This document shows positions 7,091 through 10,510 of a stretch of DNA of 10,510 bases, in pieces (within the stretch, counting starts at the first letter, position 1; each line of letters opens with the position of its first letter). The notes below the pieces were generated by a model that saw nothing but the letters and a program-made list of their open reading frames with translations, was not told where the DNA came from and searched no databases. A program made the translations under genes and the position numbers. The DNA is from Candidatus Odinarchaeia archaeon. Its GTDB lineage: Archaea; Asgardarchaeota; Odinarchaeia; Odinarchaeales; Odinarchaeaceae. The stretch covers positions 1 through 10,510 of the forward strand of contig JAHQXC010000047.1 of the NCBI GenBank assembly GCA_029856525.1, given 5' to 3'.

Positions 7091-7618
7091 ATGAGAAACG
7101 GCGGTGGTAGAGTGATCACCTATTACGGTGACGGGGACGGTAAGACTACAGCGGCTTTAGGGCACGCTGTGAGAGCGGCTGGACAGGATCGGAAGGTTAT
7201 CATCTTTCATTTTCTTAAAGGACGTAAAAATGTAGGCGAATACATGTATTTTCAAAGAAACTGTGATAACATTGAAGTACACTTATGCGGTCGACCTGAA
7301 TTCTTTATTCCCGGAAACGATCCTAAACCTTACATCGAAGACATAGAGAAGTGTATGGCTCAAATAGAGGAGATCATTAAAGATAATAAATGTGACATGC
7401 TCATCTTAGATGAAATTTTATACGCTATAGAATATAATATGGTTTCAACAAGTAAGCTTTTAGAGATACTCAGTAGACGCGGTGACATGCATGTGATTTT
7501 AACAGGCGGTAAAATAACCGATGAAATAAAAGGTATCTCCGATATTATAACTGAAATGAAAGAAATCCACCATCACTATAAACATGACAGGGAGACTATT
7601 GAAGGCTTAGATTATTAA
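7091..7618 (+). CDS. cobA: ATP:cob(I)alamin adenosyltransferase, CobA/BtuR/CobO family
   Basis: YYGDGDGKTTAALGHAVRAAG (canonical YTGNGKGKTTAAxGxAxRA), FLKG...GE, LILDE, VILTG, ITEM...H...GLDY C-terminus. ATG directly follows the nrdJ TAA; AGGTG SD at 7079-7083. Confidence 0.88.
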   Translation: MRNGGGRVITYYGDGDGKTTAALGHAVRAAGQDRKVIIFHFLKGRKNVGEYMYFQRNCDNIEVHLCGRPEFFIPGNDPKPYIEDIEKCMAQIEEIIKDNKCDMLILDEILYAIEYNMVSTSKLLEILSRRGDMHVILTGGKITDEIKGISDIITEMKEIHHHYKHDRETIEGLDY

Positions 7619-7639
7619 ATTTACCCTCAAATTCTAAAA

Positions 7640-8632
7640 ATGATTTATATGTCGAATTCAACTTCGCTTAACAGGATTAAAATCAGCATTATAAATCTTC
7701 CTAAAGCGTCATCTCTTCTAGTTCAGAGAAATATTATCACAGTTGAAGTGAAATCTAGTAATCCTGGACCCGTAGTCTGGCTTATAGCAGGCAGCCACGG
7801 TGATGAAATAGGTTCTGTGGTTGTGGTTCAAGAAATTGTTAAGAAACTTAGAAAAAATCCTTTAATAAAAGGCGCTGTATTCGCGATACCTGTAGTTAAC
7901 CCATCTGGATTCGAATCAGGGAAAAGAGAGTTCGATTTAACCGGCGAGGATATTAATAGAAGCTATCCAGGAAACGTTAACGGTTCTTTAGCTGAACGAC
8001 TCGCTTTCAAAGTATTCAACGCGATTCTTCAATCAAACCCGGCTGTCGTATTAGACTTACATAATGACTGGCGTAAATCAATCCCTTACACTTTAATAGA
8101 CACTCCTTTAATAGAGGATGACAGTTTTAAAATGAAGCTCGTCGAGTATGCTAGACAGCTCGGTTTCGTAATCGTAGAGGAGAAATATGAGCCGAGTCTT
8201 CTAAAAACTTTAACCGGTAACCTTATTTTAAAAAATATTCCAGCTTTATCAGTTGAGTTAGGTGAATCTTATGTAGTGAATGAGGTTAACGTCGAATACG
8301 GTGTTAAATCCATCTGGAATATTCTAGCATATCTCGGTATGGTTAACACCACCGGTGAATTCTTCAAATACCCTCTTCCAAACCGGTTTGAGAATAAAAT
8401 ATTATATTACGAGGATGAGCCTGCTAGTCAGACACTTGGCATAATCAGATTTAACGTTAAACCAGGGGATTGTATAAGCAAAGACCAGGTTATAGCTAGA
8501 ATCTATGATGTTCTAGGAAATCTTAAAGAAACAGTTAAATCCCCTAAAAACGGGATTCTATTAGGGTACTCGGATTCATCTGCAGTTTACCCTGGTTCTA
8601 AAAACTTTGCTTTCGCTTTCATTAAAGAATAA
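7640..8632 (+). CDS. Succinylglutamate desuccinylase/aspartoacylase (AstE/AspA, M14-like) family Zn hydrolase
   Basis: GSHGDE (HxxE), DINRSYPG, LDLH and ELG motifs; C-terminal beta-sandwich segment VKPGD...V..P..G. Start could be ATG 7640 or 7649. Substrate unknown. Confidence 0.85.
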   Translation: MIYMSNSTSLNRIKISIINLPKASSLLVQRNIITVEVKSSNPGPVVWLIAGSHGDEIGSVVVVQEIVKKLRKNPLIKGAVFAIPVVNPSGFESGKREFDLTGEDINRSYPGNVNGSLAERLAFKVFNAILQSNPAVVLDLHNDWRKSIPYTLIDTPLIEDDSFKMKLVEYARQLGFVIVEEKYEPSLLKTLTGNLILKNIPALSVELGESYVVNEVNVEYGVKSIWNILAYLGMVNTTGEFFKYPLPNRFENKILYYEDEPASQTLGIIRFNVKPGDCISKDQVIARIYDVLGNLKETVKSPKNGILLGYSDSSAVYPGSKNFAFAFIKE

Positions 8633-8635
8633 ACT

Positions 8636-8656
8636 CTTTTATTAAACTTGTTTTTA
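8636..8656 (+). terminator. Possible oligo-T archaeal terminator after the AstE/AspA gene
   Basis: CTTTT and GTTTTT tracts within 25 nt after the stop at 8632. Confidence 0.35.
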
Positions 8657-8979
8657 CTTAACTCATCTAAAAATGTTTTAATAAAATAATTTAATCGGCT
8701 GAAAGCCTTCTTCTCATACGAAGAGGATTTAGAAGATAATATAGAGGACTGCGGGGACTATAGGGGTTTTGAGAAGTCTGTGAAACGAGTTAACGGGTAA
8801 CCTTCTCAAGTAGCCGGGGCTGATCTATGAAAGCTGGAAGTGGTTTACTACCATACTTAGACTTATATTTCTCTATCTTCTAACCGCTTCTTTTTTAAGA
8901 GACCTATACTTTATGTGACAGGTTTTCAAGTTAACTTTAAACTCCCTGTGATAATAGACTGGTAAAATCAAGGTTTTAT

Positions 8980-8997
8980 GAAATAATCTTATAAATA
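8980..8997 (+). promoter_or_regulatory. Putative BRE/TATA promoter for adh
   Basis: GAAATAATC followed by TTATAAATA (8989-8997), about 45 nt upstream of ATG 9042. Confidence 0.5.
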
Positions 8998-9041
8998 TTT
9001 TAAAGCTAATCTTTAACTGTAAGAAACAAGGGGTTAGAATA

Positions 9042-10055
9042 ATGTTAGCTCAGGTTCTTAGAAGAGTTTCGAGAGTTGAAGATAACCCTTTAGAATTAGT
9101 GGAGCTTCCTACTCCTACGCCTGGACGCGGTGAAATTCTTATTAAAATATCTGCGTGCGGTGTCTGCCACACTGAACTTGATGAAGTTGAGGGCAGGCTG
9201 CCATGTAGGCTACCTGTTATATTAGGTCACCAAGTGGTCGGCAGAGTCGAACAGCTCGGTGAAGGGGTTAACAGGTTTAATATAGGAGATCGAGTGGGTG
9301 TCGCCTGGATATATTATGCGTGTGGGCGTTGCTATCACTGCGTGAACGGTGAGGAAAATCTTTGTGATAATTTCAAGGGAACCGGCTGCGATGTGAACGG
9401 CGGGTACGCTGAATACATGACTGTTTCAGAAGACTTCGCCTACCATATTCCCGGCGGATTAGATGACACTCATACAGCTCCTCTCCTATGCGCTGGAGCT
9501 ATAGGCTACCGTGCTTTAAAGCTTACCGGTATGAGAAACGGAGAGACCATCGGGCTTTACGGCTACGGGGCTTCCGCTCATATCATCCACCAGGTGATTA
9601 AAAGCATGTATCCTGATTCTAAAATATATGTTTTCACAAGGAGGAGGAACGACGCTTCAAGCCAGCTTGCTGAGAAACTTGGAGCTGATTGGATTGGTGT
9701 GACCGGGGATACTCCTCCTAGTAGACTTCACAGGGCTATTGATACAACACCGAGCGGTCTAGTTATAAAAGAGGCTTTGAGAAATCTTGAAAAAGGTGGT
9801 CGTCTTGTAGTAAACGTTATTAGAAAGGAGACGCCGGTGCCTGAAATAGAGTACAGTGAATATTTATGGGGTGAAAGAGAGGTTAAAAGCGTTGCTAATA
9901 TAACTAGAAGGGATGTTCAAGAATTTCTAGTCGCGGCAGCTCGAACACCTTTAAAAATAAACGTCACAGAGTTTAAGCTATCTGAGGCCGGCTCCGCTCT
10001 CCTATCATTGAAGTATGGGAGGCATACTGGAGCTGCTGTTTTAAAAATATTTTAA
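9042..10055 (+). CDS. Zinc-dependent alcohol dehydrogenase (MDR superfamily)
   Basis: CGVCHT, GHQVVG, structural-Zn CGRCYHC...NLC, PLLCAG, and nucleotide-binding GLYGYGASAH. SD-like GGGGT at 9030-9034. Confidence 0.92.
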   Translation: MLAQVLRRVSRVEDNPLELVELPTPTPGRGEILIKISACGVCHTELDEVEGRLPCRLPVILGHQVVGRVEQLGEGVNRFNIGDRVGVAWIYYACGRCYHCVNGEENLCDNFKGTGCDVNGGYAEYMTVSEDFAYHIPGGLDDTHTAPLLCAGAIGYRALKLTGMRNGETIGLYGYGASAHIIHQVIKSMYPDSKIYVFTRRRNDASSQLAEKLGADWIGVTGDTPPSRLHRAIDTTPSGLVIKEALRNLEKGGRLVVNVIRKETPVPEIEYSEYLWGEREVKSVANITRRDVQEFLVAAARTPLKINVTEFKLSEAGSALLSLKYGRHTGAAVLKIF

Positions 10056-10063
10056 ACTCTACG

Positions 10064-10459
10064 TTAACTTATAATAGTCCAGGGGTAGCCTCGCCCTGAA
10101 ACTATTATCTCCCCTGTTAAAGAACCTAAAGCAATGATTTGAATACTGTAATTTTCTGTTATCGTTATCCATGGGCTGTTAACTGTTAAAGCTCCTTTTG
10201 AAAGCGCGGAGTAACTCCATATAATATCGCCTGTTGAATTATATAGTCGAATCGTCCATATCGCTGAGCTCCCTGTCACTACTATGTTTAACTGGACCTG
10301 TGTTTGGAGTAGTTGCAGGCTTCCGGTGTTCGAGCGGCTTCCAGCTGTTTCAATATTTAGACTTATCCTAGCCACTTCTCTAGGGTAAGTTAAAGCCAGC
10401 CATCCTCCTACACCGGCTATTATAATAACTAAAACAGCGATCGCCGTTTTCTTACCCAA
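10064..10459 (-). CDS. Hypothetical protein with N-terminal signal/anchor helix and a beta-rich extracellular domain
   Basis: TTG start with AGGTGG SD (complement of 10464-10469) and an upstream TATA-like box; MGKK followed by a hydrophobic stretch (TAIAVLVIIIAGVGGWLAL); does not overlap other genes; converges on adh with an 8-bp gap. Confidence 0.8.
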   Translation of the reverse strand: MGKKTAIAVLVIIIAGVGGWLALTYPREVARISLNIETAGSRSNTGSLQLLQTQVQLNIVVTGSSAIWTIRLYNSTGDIIWSYSALSKGALTVNSPWITITENYSIQIIALGSLTGEIIVSGRGYPWTIIS

Positions 10460-10491
10460 TAAACCACCTTGAAATATTTTTTATCTCCAAG

Positions 10492-10506
10492 TATATAAGT
10501 GCTTTC
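10492..10506 (-). promoter_or_regulatory. Putative BRE/TATA promoter for the minus-strand hypothetical gene
   Basis: Minus strand reads GAAAGCA-CTTATATA, about 33 nt upstream of the TTG at 10459. Confidence 0.5.
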
Positions 10507-10510
10507 AAAA

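Noticed and set aside
8748-8760. Cobalamin-riboswitch-like CCCCGCAGT on the minus strand
   Set aside because: Only a partial match to the CCCCCGCAACTGT element; the other conserved riboswitch elements are absent and it is not upstream of a B12-related gene.
8800-8850. C/D-box sRNA suggested by CTGA...ATGA
   Set aside because: No terminal C box (RTGATGA) or D box (CTGA) at guide-length spacing; kept only as a K-loop-like detail.
8729-8883. MITE
   Set aside because: 10-bp terminal repeats but no target-site duplication, no second copy and no transposase in the window.
10400-10459. Archaeal type IV pilin/archaellin
   Set aside because: KKTAI does not fit the [KR][GA]-hydrophobic class III cleavage motif, and there are no pilus assembly genes in the window.
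1-10510. CRISPR array, tRNA, rRNA, transposase
   Set aside because: No regularly spaced direct repeats, cloverleaf or rRNA-like segments, or DDE/HUH transposase ORFs were seen.

Overview
Archaeal-looking, AT-rich chromosomal window (inferred from GGTG/GGAGG-type Shine-Dalgarno sites and BRE/TATA-like boxes; taxon not determinable here) with nine genes, eight on the + strand. (1) Block 1-2848: a 5'-truncated, unusually compact HDAC/AcuC-family Zn deacylase; a radical SAM protein with CxxxCxxC and a C-terminal TSGCP...CNRP motif (LipS2-like lipoyl synthase subunit); and a translationally coupled geranylgeranyl-reductase-like flavoprotein (possibly LipT-like). (2) Block 3071-8632: an ArsR/SufR-type HTH regulator with a 4-Cys C-terminal domain; a class II (AdoCbl-dependent) ribonucleotide reductase NrdJ with an ATP-cone, interrupted just before its thiyl-radical cysteine by a 364-aa intein whose LAGLIDADG endonuclease has lost both catalytic Asp; an abutting CobA/BtuR-type cobalamin adenosyltransferase; and an AstE/aspartoacylase-family enzyme. 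(3) A 409-bp spacer with a GC-enriched patch and nested inverted repeats, a Zn-dependent alcohol dehydrogenase, and a convergent small membrane-anchored hypothetical protein. No rRNA, tRNA, CRISPR array or transposase was seen. The best leads are the deacylase-LipS2-LipT-like cluster and the Cys-sensor/NrdJ-intein/CobA unit.
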